DNA of 64,000 nucleotides from Promethearchaeota archaeon. Lineage in GTDB: Archaea; Asgardarchaeota; Lokiarchaeia; Sigyniarchaeales; SOKP01. Location: assembly GCA_019057795.1 (NCBI GenBank), contig JAHLWS010000042.1, positions 1 through 64,000 on the forward strand, read 5' to 3'. Of this stretch, positions 49,530 to 59,207 are shown piece by piece (the first letter of the stretch is position 1; each line of letters begins with the position of its first letter). Below the pieces are notes generated by a model. The model was given only the letters and a program-made list of their open reading frames with translations. It had not been told where the DNA came from and ran no database searches. Made by a program: the position numbers and the translations under genes.

Positions 49530-51347
49530 TTGTATATTGGGAAAACTCAAAAAGGCTGGAAAGAACTAAACGAAGAAATAATTCAAACTGGGAAATGCGT
49601 ATACTGTGGAGCTTGTGGAGCTTTTTGTGCTAGCATTCAATTTGATAAAGAAAAAGAAATTCCAATAGAAGATGGATCTTGTAAAGACATGAATACTTGT
49701 AGAGACGGATTCGGACTTTGTTATAATCTCTGTCCGAAAACAGAAATTAATAAGATTCCTTTGTCACTATTAGATAAGTGGGTTTTTGGTAAAGAACACG
49801 ATAAAATTTTGGGCCACTATATCGAAATAGTTTCTGTAAAACTAACAAATAAAGCACGTAAAATCATCCCAGCTGAAGCAGGACCTTTAACAGGATTACT
49901 ATGGGTTGCTATGGAGAATGGTTTAATCGATGCATCGATTATTACTGATAAAGATGAGAACTTTAGACCTTTTCCAATAATTGCTCAGAATCAACAAGAT
50001 TTATTTAAAGGAGCCGGGTATAAACCAAGCCAAGGTCCAACTCTTTCGCTTGTAGGTGATGTTATCAATAAGGAATATACAGATATCGCAATAGTAGGCA
50101 CTCCATGCCAAATACAAGCTTTGAGAAAATTACAAAACCATCCTGCTTTCGATTACGAAGCTTATGATTTAGTAACATTAGCCATTGGAACCTTTTGTTT
50201 TGGAACTTATTACAACCAATTATTAAAAATGGTGTTTGAGGAATTTAACATCAACCTGAGTGAGGTTGATAAAATTGATACAGATAAAGATAATTTCAAA
50301 ATGAAAGTAAGCGTTGATTCAACAGTCAAAGAAATACCCCTTAATTATTTATACGATAAAGCGATTAGAGCCGCTTGTTTCTCGTGCTCCGATTATACAG
50401 CCTCGTTTGCAGATATATCTGTTGGAAAGTTTGGCAGTGAAGACGGATGGAATACTATAATTGTGCGAACTAAAAGAGGTAAAGAAGTTTTTGAGATAGC
50501 TGTCGAACAGGGTTTTCTCGAAACAAAACCTTTAGAACACGAAAAGGAGGAATTGATTTTAGACATTACAAGAAATAAAACCGATATAGTAAAAATTAAG
50601 TCGATAACGGAGCACACTCCCGAGATTAAAAGTTTCATCGTCAAAAACCCGCGAATTGCGAAAGCCTACAAACCAGGGATGTTTGTTGTATTATGGCTTC
50701 CCGATATTGATTTCTTTCCAATGTCCATCTCTAGCATAAATGATAATCTTATCGAAATAACAGTTCAAAAAATCGGCGAAGGAACATCAAAATTATTTGA
50801 ATTAAGAGAAGGAGATTCTATAGGGATTAGAGGTCCTTTTGGAAACTCGTTTAATTACGAAAATGCAAAAAATATCCTAGTAGTTGGGGGTGGAATGGGC
50901 GTAGCAGCATTAACTACATTAATAGAATCTCTAAGACTAAACAAAAAGAACATATTTGTAGCGATCGGAGCGAAAGATGAGCCCTCGTTAATATTTGCCG
51001 ATCGAATAATAGATCTAATTCCAAATACGATGTGTACTACGGAAGACGGGTCTGTAGGTAAGAAATGTGTTGTAACGGATCCTATTGAAGATATAATTGA
51101 AACGGAAAATATTGATCTAATTATTACATGTGGACCGGAAATCATGATGAAACGGGTTCTTGAAATCGTAGATTCTAAAAACATTGAAATTCAAGCTAGT
51201 CTGGAAAGAAAAATGAAATGTGGAGTAGGATTGTGTGGATCCTGTTGTGTAGGAGAAAAGAACGATATTAGTGTATGTAAAGATGGGCCTATCTTTAATT
51301 CGACCCAATTAAAGACATTTCCTCAATTTGGAAGTTATTCTAAATAA
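49530..51347 (+). CDS. Fusion of a ferredoxin + FrhB/FdhB (F420-binding) domain with a PyrK/NfnA-like FAD/NAD(P)H/2Fe-2S domain
   Basis: N-part: CVYCGACGAFC, VGTPCQI, GTFC, ACFSCSDYTASFADISVG. C-part from ~50580: PMSIS, RGPFG, VGGGMG, TCGP, MKCGVGLCGSC..VCKDGP. Confidence 0.85.
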   Translation: MYIGKTQKGWKELNEEIIQTGKCVYCGACGAFCASIQFDKEKEIPIEDGSCKDMNTCRDGFGLCYNLCPKTEINKIPLSLLDKWVFGKEHDKILGHYIEIVSVKLTNKARKIIPAEAGPLTGLLWVAMENGLIDASIITDKDENFRPFPIIAQNQQDLFKGAGYKPSQGPTLSLVGDVINKEYTDIAIVGTPCQIQALRKLQNHPAFDYEAYDLVTLAIGTFCFGTYYNQLLKMVFEEFNINLSEVDKIDTDKDNFKMKVSVDSTVKEIPLNYLYDKAIRAACFSCSDYTASFADISVGKFGSEDGWNTIIVRTKRGKEVFEIAVEQGFLETKPLEHEKEELILDITRNKTDIVKIKSITEHTPEIKSFIVKNPRIAKAYKPGMFVVLWLPDIDFFPMSISSINDNLIEITVQKIGEGTSKLFELREGDSIGIRGPFGNSFNYENAKNILVVGGGMGVAALTTLIESLRLNKKNIFVAIGAKDEPSLIFADRIIDLIPNTMCTTEDGSVGKKCVVTDPIEDIIETENIDLIITCGPEIMMKRVLEIVDSKNIEIQASLERKMKCGVGLCGSCCVGEKNDISVCKDGPIFNSTQLKTFPQFGSYSK

Positions 51348-51448
51348 TATTTTTTACTTTTCTATTGTTTAAATTGTTAATTACTTAAATTTTAAAAAGA
51401 AACTATTTTTTAAATAGTATCAATTAAATCTGAATTTACAAACGACAA

Positions 51449-52423
51449 ATGGAAAATTATAATTTAAAAAAAGGATTAATCTGTGGCACAATTGGAGTAT
51501 TGGGGATCTCTCTTCAACCGATTATTGCCAATTCTAGACCATCTGTTATTGATCCTTACATCTTTGCTGCAGTAACAGCTTTAATTATGGCTATAATCTT
51601 TTTTCCGTTATTTATATTTGAAAGGCACAAATTAAAATCGTCAATAGAAGAAAATTCAGATGAAAAGATATATTCCTTGTTAAACGGATGGAAAAAGAAA
51701 AACAATTTAAAGTTTCTGGTATTAATAGGAATTACCTTTTCAATTGTCCCTGTGCTATTATTTTTGAGTTTTGACCTTGCAGGGGCAATTAATAGCTCAC
51801 TAACTTTAAAAAGTGAAGTTTTTTTCGCTTTATTATTTGGTTACATATTTTTAAAAGAAAAAAGGATATCAAAAGTTCAACTTCTATTCTGTGCAACCCT
51901 ATTCTTCGGAGTTTATATTGCAATAACACAGGGTTCTTTTAATTTGCTTGAATTTAATATTGGAGTTTTAATCTTACTGATAGATGTTGCCTTGTTTACT
52001 CTCATGCACACTTTCACTAAATCTAGATTCGACAGAAATGAACTCTCCCCTATTCAAGTAGTTTTTATTCGGAATCTGTTAAGTGGAATAATATTATTTT
52101 CTACATATTTCATTTTTTTTCCTCTAGACAGAATAAGTATTGTATTCAATCCTGATTATTTCATATATTATCTTCTGATGGGATTAGATTACAGTGTAAG
52201 CTTATTTCTTTGGTATAAAACTTTATCTTATATACAAATAGGAAAAGCTGGCGTAATAAATTCATTAACACCAATTATAACAGCTTTTTTCGCTTGGATC
52301 ATTCTGGGTGATATATTCACTATATTCCATCTAATAGGCATGGTAATTATTATAATTTCAATTTACATGATTGTAAGAGAAAAAAAGGTAAAAAAGAATC
52401 TTATACTTAATGAGAAAAAATAA
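51449..52423 (+). CDS. EamA/DMT family transporter
   Basis: About 10 TM; F..LFGYIFLKE and TPIITAFFAWIILGD two-repeat pattern. Confidence 0.85.
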   Translation: MENYNLKKGLICGTIGVLGISLQPIIANSRPSVIDPYIFAAVTALIMAIIFFPLFIFERHKLKSSIEENSDEKIYSLLNGWKKKNNLKFLVLIGITFSIVPVLLFLSFDLAGAINSSLTLKSEVFFALLFGYIFLKEKRISKVQLLFCATLFFGVYIAITQGSFNLLEFNIGVLILLIDVALFTLMHTFTKSRFDRNELSPIQVVFIRNLLSGIILFSTYFIFFPLDRISIVFNPDYFIYYLLMGLDYSVSLFLWYKTLSYIQIGKAGVINSLTPIITAFFAWIILGDIFTIFHLIGMVIIIISIYMIVREKKVKKNLILNEKK

Positions 52424-52424
52424 T

Positions 52425-53585
52425 TTAATCAATATTATGTAAAGGGTAAACACCTAATTTATTAGTAGCTTCAATCATCCATTTTAAACGATCAACTGTT
52501 ATGCTTGGATGAAAGTTAGCTGGAGATATCATAAACCCTCCTCCCTTACCCATTGCGTTTATTGCATTCGCCACGGCTTGTTCTACTTCCTGTTTAGTAG
52601 CATCAACTAAGATATGTTTTGTATCAATATTTCCAGATAAGCATAATTTATCTCCAACTTTCTTTTTAACCAAATAGGGATCAACCCAAGGAGGTTCAAG
52701 GCATTGAAGACCATCAAAACCAGATTCAACAATAAAATCTAATTGAGAAGTGATGTCACCATCTGTGTGTAATATATATTTTCCGCCCCAATCATGTATT
52801 GCTTCTGAAACTTCTTTGTACCGTGGTAATAGATATTTGTTGAAGTATTTTGGACTCATCATTGGACCTCCTTTATGTGCTATGTCCCCTCCTTCGAGAA
52901 AAATCTTAGCACCACAATCGGAATACGCTCTAAAAACGGTCAAGACAAAATCAGTGCAAAATCGAAAACGTTCTTCAATTAATTTAGGGTCATTCTTTAA
53001 AGCACGAGCAAAGTTATTCATTCCCATGCCTTGCCATACAGGAGGAAATACTGATGTTAAAGCATTTTGAGCTATAATACAAATATCATCTTTGATATCT
53101 TTACACTTTCTTAGAACTCCTTTATAAAATTTTTTAGCAGCTTTATATTCCTCTTTCATATCTGGCTTAGGATATTTTTCCCAATCATCTCGATTTTTAA
53201 TGTATCCTCCATAGTAATCTGGATAAGGGTTTCCATCAATATTTCTTACTTTATGTCTCTTTCCAAATATGTCCGTCATCTCTGTCTGACTTTCGAAAAT
53301 GAATGGTATGTATTGTACTCCCACGCCATCAAACCCTATTTCATGCCCCGCTCTAACTGCTTTCGAAAAGGTAGATATTTCAATATCGACAATGATAGAA
53401 TTGATTTTATCAGCCCAATCATCTGGATATTGTTTTTCCATATCGTCAAATACATCAAACGCAGTTCTTTTTGGACGACCTACGATCTTATCAGCAACAT
53501 TACCATCGATATTTATCGTATGTGTTGGAATTCTATCGGGTTCTTCGAGATTTAAAGCTGTCCATATTCTTTCGAAACTATTCAT
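52425..53585 (-). CDS. Uroporphyrinogen decarboxylase (URO-D/MtaA-CmuA) superfamily protein
   Basis: EPDRIP, GDIA..GPMMSP, LHTDGDI, L.GNID, GGGFMISP. Confidence 0.85.
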   Translation of the reverse strand: MNSFERIWTALNLEEPDRIPTHTINIDGNVADKIVGRPKRTAFDVFDDMEKQYPDDWADKINSIIVDIEISTFSKAVRAGHEIGFDGVGVQYIPFIFESQTEMTDIFGKRHKVRNIDGNPYPDYYGGYIKNRDDWEKYPKPDMKEEYKAAKKFYKGVLRKCKDIKDDICIIAQNALTSVFPPVWQGMGMNNFARALKNDPKLIEERFRFCTDFVLTVFRAYSDCGAKIFLEGGDIAHKGGPMMSPKYFNKYLLPRYKEVSEAIHDWGGKYILHTDGDITSQLDFIVESGFDGLQCLEPPWVDPYLVKKKVGDKLCLSGNIDTKHILVDATKQEVEQAVANAINAMGKGGGFMISPANFHPSITVDRLKWMIEATNKLGVYPLHNID

Positions 53586-53703
53586 AATTAATATTTCAAC
53601 AAAGGAATATTTAATAGTATTTTTTCTTTATATCGAGGTTTAGACTTTTCTATTCTTTTTTGTTGTAAAACTTTTTAATTTTTTATAGCTTTTCTTAAAT
53701 ACC

Positions 53704-54648
53704 TTGAACAAGAACTTAAAGAAAGGTTTAATTTTTGGGGTTATTGGGAATTTTTTTGTAGGTTTTCAACCAATAATTGCTAACAGCCGCCCAGCTGCGC
53801 TTGATGCTCATATTTTTGCCGTAATGACTTGTTTAGTAGAAGCAGTAATTTTCTTACCATTAATTCTTATAGAGAAAAAAGTGAATCTAGCGAAAAATAA
53901 TAATGCAAGTACTAGTCATAGCAATTCCATGATTAAAAACTGGAGAAAGAATATTTGGCTATTTCTTTTTATTGGAATAATTTTTGGTCTCAACCAACTT
54001 CTATTTTTTATAGGATATGAATTAGCTGGAGCAATTAATGGATCTCTTACTCAAAAAACAACAGTCTTTTTTAGTTTGATTTTTGGATTTCTAATTTTAA
54101 AAGAGCGGATAACTAAAGTACAAATAATATTTTCAACGATTTTATTTTTTGGGTTAATCCTTGCTATTTCGCAAGGATCGTTCAATCTCTTAACTTTTAG
54201 TATAGATATCTTGAGTGGTGTGTTGATTATGTTATTTATTACTTGTTTATGGATGTTTGGGCATTCAATTACTAAGCCGGTTTTCAATAGAAATGAAGCT
54301 ACTCCGACTCAGATGGTTTTTATTAGAAATATTTTAAGTGGGATTATTTTATTTTCTACCTATTTTTTATTCTTTCCTTTCGAAAACATTGGCCTATTAT
54401 TTGTTCCGATAAACCAATTCTATTACATCTCAATGGGCGCCGTTTATGGGGCGGGATTATACTGCTGGTATAAAACGCTCTCATATTTAGATGTTTCGAA
54501 AGCAACAATCCTTTTTTCGCCAACGCCCATTATTACTGCGATATTTGCTACGCTATTTTTAGGAGAACTGTTTACAATCTTTCATTTAATAGGCCTTGTT
54601 ATCATTATCGTATCGATCATTATAATTGTTAAGCAAAAAGAAGAATAA
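53704..54648 (+). CDS. EamA/DMT family transporter (paralog of 51449..52423)
   Basis: Shares NLKKGLI, QPIIANSRP, LAGAING/S, QMVFIRN and WYKTLSY with the upstream paralog. Confidence 0.85.
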   Translation: MNKNLKKGLIFGVIGNFFVGFQPIIANSRPAALDAHIFAVMTCLVEAVIFLPLILIEKKVNLAKNNNASTSHSNSMIKNWRKNIWLFLFIGIIFGLNQLLFFIGYELAGAINGSLTQKTTVFFSLIFGFLILKERITKVQIIFSTILFFGLILAISQGSFNLLTFSIDILSGVLIMLFITCLWMFGHSITKPVFNRNEATPTQMVFIRNILSGIILFSTYFLFFPFENIGLLFVPINQFYYISMGAVYGAGLYCWYKTLSYLDVSKATILFSPTPIITAIFATLFLGELFTIFHLIGLVIIIVSIIIIVKQKEE

Positions 54649-54914
54649 ACCATAAATTATCAAACCTAATTTTTAGCAATAACAACATTTAAATCCCATA
54701 TCTTTTAAAGTTGTTACTTTATATATTATAATATATTATCATATATTATATTATTCCTCTGTTAGAATGTCAATTTATAAGAGAAAAACATTATTCATAA
54801 CATTTATATATTGAAGGAATATAGTATAATATAAAAATATATATAAATAAAAGATAGGATAAATTAAGATTATTACTAAAAATAATCAACATAAAACTTA
54901 AGAATCAATTAAAA

Positions 54915-55721
54915 ATGAAAGATAATATAACGATCTCTGTTCGAGATTTGAAAAAGTATTTTGGTGAGGTTAAAGCTGTTAATGGTATCTCTTTTGATGT
55001 AAAAAAGGGTGAGGTTTTCGGCCTTTTAGGGCCGAACGGAGCTGGGAAAACAACTACAATTAAACTTCTGTTAGGATTACTTGAACCTTTAGAAGGAACC
55101 ATCCGTATTTTTGGTTTAAATCCCGAGCGTGAAGTGGTTCGAATGAAAGAGAAAGTAGGCTATGTTTCAGAAGAGCCTTTTATATTTAAATCGCTCACGC
55201 CTAAAGATTTGTTTAATTTTATAGCATCTATTCGTAGGTTAGATGCAGAGGAGACCACAGAGCGGGTACAAAGGTATTTAGAAAGCTTAGGCGCTGTGGA
55301 GTATTATGAACACTTGATTGCTACATTATCACACGGAAACAAGCAAAAAATGCAAATTATTGCCTCTATACTTCATGAACCAGAGCTTTTAATTTTAGAC
55401 GAACCAATAGCCGGACTTGACGCTAAATCTGTTAAGGTAGTGAAAGAGATCTTAGATATGCATATTGAAAAGGGAGGTTCTGTACTGTTTTCAACCCATA
55501 TCATGGAAATCGCAGAAGATTTGTGCGATCGTATAGCAATAATGAACAGGGGTAAGTTAGTAGGACTTGGAACTATTGACGAGCTTAGACAACAAGCGGA
55601 CAAATTGGGTGCGAGTTTGGAAGATGTTTTTCTTAGATTAACTGAACAAGATTCTTCCGTCGAAGAAATTGTTAAGAAGCTAAGGGCATCATATAAGAAA
55701 AAAATCAAGGCGGCAGGTTAA
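54915..55721 (+). CDS. ABC transporter ATP-binding protein (ABC-2/exporter type)
   Basis: GPNGAGKT, LSHGNKQK, ILDEP, STH. Confidence 0.93.
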   Translation: MKDNITISVRDLKKYFGEVKAVNGISFDVKKGEVFGLLGPNGAGKTTTIKLLLGLLEPLEGTIRIFGLNPEREVVRMKEKVGYVSEEPFIFKSLTPKDLFNFIASIRRLDAEETTERVQRYLESLGAVEYYEHLIATLSHGNKQKMQIIASILHEPELLILDEPIAGLDAKSVKVVKEILDMHIEKGGSVLFSTHIMEIAEDLCDRIAIMNRGKLVGLGTIDELRQQADKLGASLEDVFLRLTEQDSSVEEIVKKLRASYKKKIKAAG

Positions 55722-55722
55722 A

Positions 55723-58362
55723 ATGAAAGATAAGAAGAAAACAAGCTGTTTCTCACTTTCAAAATTCACTAATTACGAGATGATTATGGATTCTATGTTT
55801 GCTTCTTCTGGCGCTCATCAAGCTAAAGTACTTGAAAAGTTTGAGAAAAATAATAAATATATAAAAAATCAATCGATTGTGTTAAAGTTTGTTTCTGCTT
55901 TAGTTATGATGTTCATGCCATTTCTTTCAATCATTTTATATATTGAAATTACCGAGGGTATTTATCCTTCATACCCTATAGAAGGACAAATCTTTCTCTA
56001 TAGTTTTTTTATGTGGATATTTTTAACGATATCGATCCTTTATATCTTTCTTTTTGGGTTGTTTACTACTAGTTCTTTAATGTCAGGAAACTCCTTCAAA
56101 TGGTTACAAACCTTACCAATATCTCGAAATGATTTAAAAAAATTAGGATTTATGACATTATTACGAAATTTAATTGCCCCGATAATTGTAATGACTTTTG
56201 CTCTTCCAATTGTTTTACTTATAGTAACTCAGAGTTTTCTAACTTTTATTTTAAGCGTTATATCATCATTCTTCATTACAATTTTAGGTGTAAGTATTCT
56301 GATTATTGTTGCAGAGAGATTTAGCCGAATTTTTTCTGAATCAAACCGAAATTCAAAAAAAGCAAATACTTTAAGAATTGTCTCTTTGATGGGGTTTTTT
56401 TTTGTAGCTTTTGGCTCAAGTTTTGTTTTACAATTTGGAATGAATTCTATAGTAAATCTTATTGATGATTTTAGCACAAATCCTCCCTCAATGGATTTAA
56501 ATATTTTATTGAGTTTTATTCCATTACCGTTTGCGCCTGGCTATTTAGTTGGTTTAAGTTTAACGACTGAACAAGTTCCTCTCATTTTATGGATATCAAG
56601 TTTAATAGGAATGGCAATTCTAGCAGTAATCGCTTTTCTTTTTTATAAAGTAGCTATAAAATCTTTAAATAGCGTAGCCACTATTGATTATAATTATGCT
56701 AAGATAAAAAAGGAATCTAAAACAATAACAAAACCTATTGAAATTGAAATTAAAACGATGTCTCCCGTCAAATCTTATATTCGTAAGGATTTAATATCTT
56801 CAACGCGTGATTATCAATCTTTAATTTTTATTCTTATGCCTCTTCTCTATCCTATAATTATGATTATTTCGATGCAAGCTCCAATAACTAGAGACGTATC
56901 ATCAACCTTTAGTATTATGATATTATGGGCAATTATTATGATGGTTAGTCAATTTATACCACTTATGCTTGTTGGAGGATTATTAACTCTTGAGGAATCA
57001 GGTTCGTCTACTCTTGCATCATTACCTCTTTTACCACGCGATCAAGCTAAAGGCAAATTAATATTAATGTTAATTATCCAAGGAATTTCATTAATTTTAA
57101 TGGCTACACTTCTAACAATTCTAACTCAATCGATTATTGTTCTAATCCTATTTCTAAGCTGTTTACCAATTGTTTGGATGTTTCTACTATTTGTATTCGA
57201 AATGAAGATTCGATTATTCGGTACAATGAAATACAAATATGTTCTTGAGGAAGTAAATAAAAAACATAAATTAGAGAAATGGCTTTTGATGATTGGTGCT
57301 GATTTAGCCATATGCATATTTATATTAATTATCGGTTTTACATTATTCGTTAGTGTAGGGATTACAACTTCAATAATAGCGTTGTTTTTCATAGGATTAG
57401 TTGGGTTATCAATGGTTATCTATATTTTTTCAAAAATGTTCCCTAAGGCTGACAAATTACCATTATTTGAAACACGAGGCTTGTTAAGAAATAAACCGAT
57501 TCTAGGGGGATTAGTGGTATTAGTATTATTTATAATTTTTCCAATTCTCGCAAGCTTAATTAAGATTATTTTTCTCCCGTTTTTATTAACGTTGCCATAT
57601 GTGGGAATATTATTTGTTGAATTTCTTCTCATAGAGGGGTTTCTATTACTCTTATTTCTTTTAGTAGTTCCAAAGGGGTTGAAATTACCTTGTAGAGATG
57701 AGACGCTTAGTGATTATAGTAGAACAATCGGATTAACTAAGATTAAACCTTTAGGCCGAAATCTCCTTATTGGATTAGGTTCTTTTGCAATTTTTGGCAT
57801 TGTTGTATGGATTGGCGCTAATCTTTTAGGACATTATTATTGGGCCCCTGAATTCTTATTTAGAGTTCCAAACCCTTTGATTCCGGGAATTGCTAGTTTT
57901 GGTTGGTTTATTTGGATTTTTATGATTAGACCAGGATTATGGGAAGAAGTAGCTTTCCGAGGTGTTATTTTACCCCTCCTTTCAAGAAAATATAAGCAAA
58001 TAATATCGATTCTAATAAGTGGCGTAATTTTTGGATTAGCATATGCATTTAATATTATAAATGTTTTATTATCAGGAGGAGATCCCTTATTCGTAATATT
58101 TCAAGTCATATACACGACTTTACTTGGTTTTTCGATGGGATATATGTATATAAAAACTAAAAGTCTGCTTCCATCTATCATATATCATTACTTAATTGAT
58201 ACAGTCGGTCTAATCTTGATAAACTCTCAAATGGAGAATATGTTTATTGTAGGAATATATTTAATCGTGTTTGTCGGCGTAATTCCAACATTTTTAAATA
58301 TTCTCTTTATAAAATTCCTTTTTAGGAAAGAGAGAAAAAAAGATTTACTAATTAATAAATAA
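55723..58362 (+). CDS. ABC exporter permease fused to a C-terminal CPBP (CAAX protease/Abi) domain; conserved His replaced by Tyr
   Basis: About 20 TM; LQTLPIS and LASLP permease repeats; CPBP motifs WEEVAFRG, FGLAY (vs FGxxH), SIIYHYLID. Confidence 0.75.
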   Translation: MKDKKKTSCFSLSKFTNYEMIMDSMFASSGAHQAKVLEKFEKNNKYIKNQSIVLKFVSALVMMFMPFLSIILYIEITEGIYPSYPIEGQIFLYSFFMWIFLTISILYIFLFGLFTTSSLMSGNSFKWLQTLPISRNDLKKLGFMTLLRNLIAPIIVMTFALPIVLLIVTQSFLTFILSVISSFFITILGVSILIIVAERFSRIFSESNRNSKKANTLRIVSLMGFFFVAFGSSFVLQFGMNSIVNLIDDFSTNPPSMDLNILLSFIPLPFAPGYLVGLSLTTEQVPLILWISSLIGMAILAVIAFLFYKVAIKSLNSVATIDYNYAKIKKESKTITKPIEIEIKTMSPVKSYIRKDLISSTRDYQSLIFILMPLLYPIIMIISMQAPITRDVSSTFSIMILWAIIMMVSQFIPLMLVGGLLTLEESGSSTLASLPLLPRDQAKGKLILMLIIQGISLILMATLLTILTQSIIVLILFLSCLPIVWMFLLFVFEMKIRLFGTMKYKYVLEEVNKKHKLEKWLLMIGADLAICIFILIIGFTLFVSVGITTSIIALFFIGLVGLSMVIYIFSKMFPKADKLPLFETRGLLRNKPILGGLVVLVLFIIFPILASLIKIIFLPFLLTLPYVGILFVEFLLIEGFLLLLFLLVVPKGLKLPCRDETLSDYSRTIGLTKIKPLGRNLLIGLGSFAIFGIVVWIGANLLGHYYWAPEFLFRVPNPLIPGIASFGWFIWIFMIRPGLWEEVAFRGVILPLLSRKYKQIISILISGVIFGLAYAFNIINVLLSGGDPLFVIFQVIYTTLLGFSMGYMYIKTKSLLPSIIYHYLIDTVGLILINSQMENMFIVGIYLIVFVGVIPTFLNILFIKFLFRKERKKDLLINK

Positions 58363-58398
58363 TAATAATGTTGAAAAATATTGTTAGAGTGATAAAGA

Positions 58399-59193
58399 AT
58401 GAAAGATAATGTAATGATTTCAATTAGCGGATTGAAAAAGTTTTTTGGGGATGTTAAAGCAGTAAATGGAATATCCTTTGACGTAAAAAAGGGTGAAGTT
58501 TTCGGTCTCTTAGGGCCGAACGGAGCGGGTAAAACTACTACTTTAAAATTGTTATTAGGGTTATTAGAGCCCAACGAAGGAAATATAACTATAATGGGCT
58601 TAAATCCAGAAACAGACGAGGTTCAAATTAAGAGCCGAGTAGGTTACGTATCAGAAGAGCCATTAATCTTCAAATCGCTCACGCCTAAAGATTTGTTTAA
58701 TTTTATAGCTTCTATTCGTAGATTAGACGCAGAGGAAGCCACAGAGCGAGCAAAAGAGTATCTGGAAAGTTTGGGAGCCCTGGAATATTATGAACAATTA
58801 GTAGCAACTTTATCCCACGGGAATAAGCAAAAAATTCAAATTGTTTCGGCGATTCTTCACGACCCAGATTTACTAATCTTAGACGAGCCTTTGGCAGGAC
58901 TTGACGCGAAGTCCGTAAGAGTTGTTAAAGAGATATTGGATATACATATTGAGAAAGGAGGCTCCGTTCTTTTTTCTACCCATATCATGGAAATAGCAGA
59001 AGATTTATGTAACCGAATTGCAATAATGAACAAGGGTAAATTGGTTGGAATCGGAACGATGGACGAACTTCGACAACAAGCCGACAAGTTAGGAGCGAGT
59101 TTAGAAGATGTTTTCTTAAGATTGACAGAACAAGATACGAGCGTCAACGAAATTGTTAAAAAATTGCGAAAATCTTTCAAAGCTAAGAAATAA
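58399..59193 (+). CDS. ABC transporter ATP-binding protein (paralog of 54915..55721)
   Basis: Near-identical Walker A, LSHGNKQK and DEP motifs. Confidence 0.93.
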   Translation: MKDNVMISISGLKKFFGDVKAVNGISFDVKKGEVFGLLGPNGAGKTTTLKLLLGLLEPNEGNITIMGLNPETDEVQIKSRVGYVSEEPLIFKSLTPKDLFNFIASIRRLDAEEATERAKEYLESLGALEYYEQLVATLSHGNKQKIQIVSAILHDPDLLILDEPLAGLDAKSVRVVKEILDIHIEKGGSVLFSTHIMEIAEDLCNRIAIMNKGKLVGIGTMDELRQQADKLGASLEDVFLRLTEQDTSVNEIVKKLRKSFKAKK

Positions 59194-59207
59194 GGAGATT
59201 CATTTAT

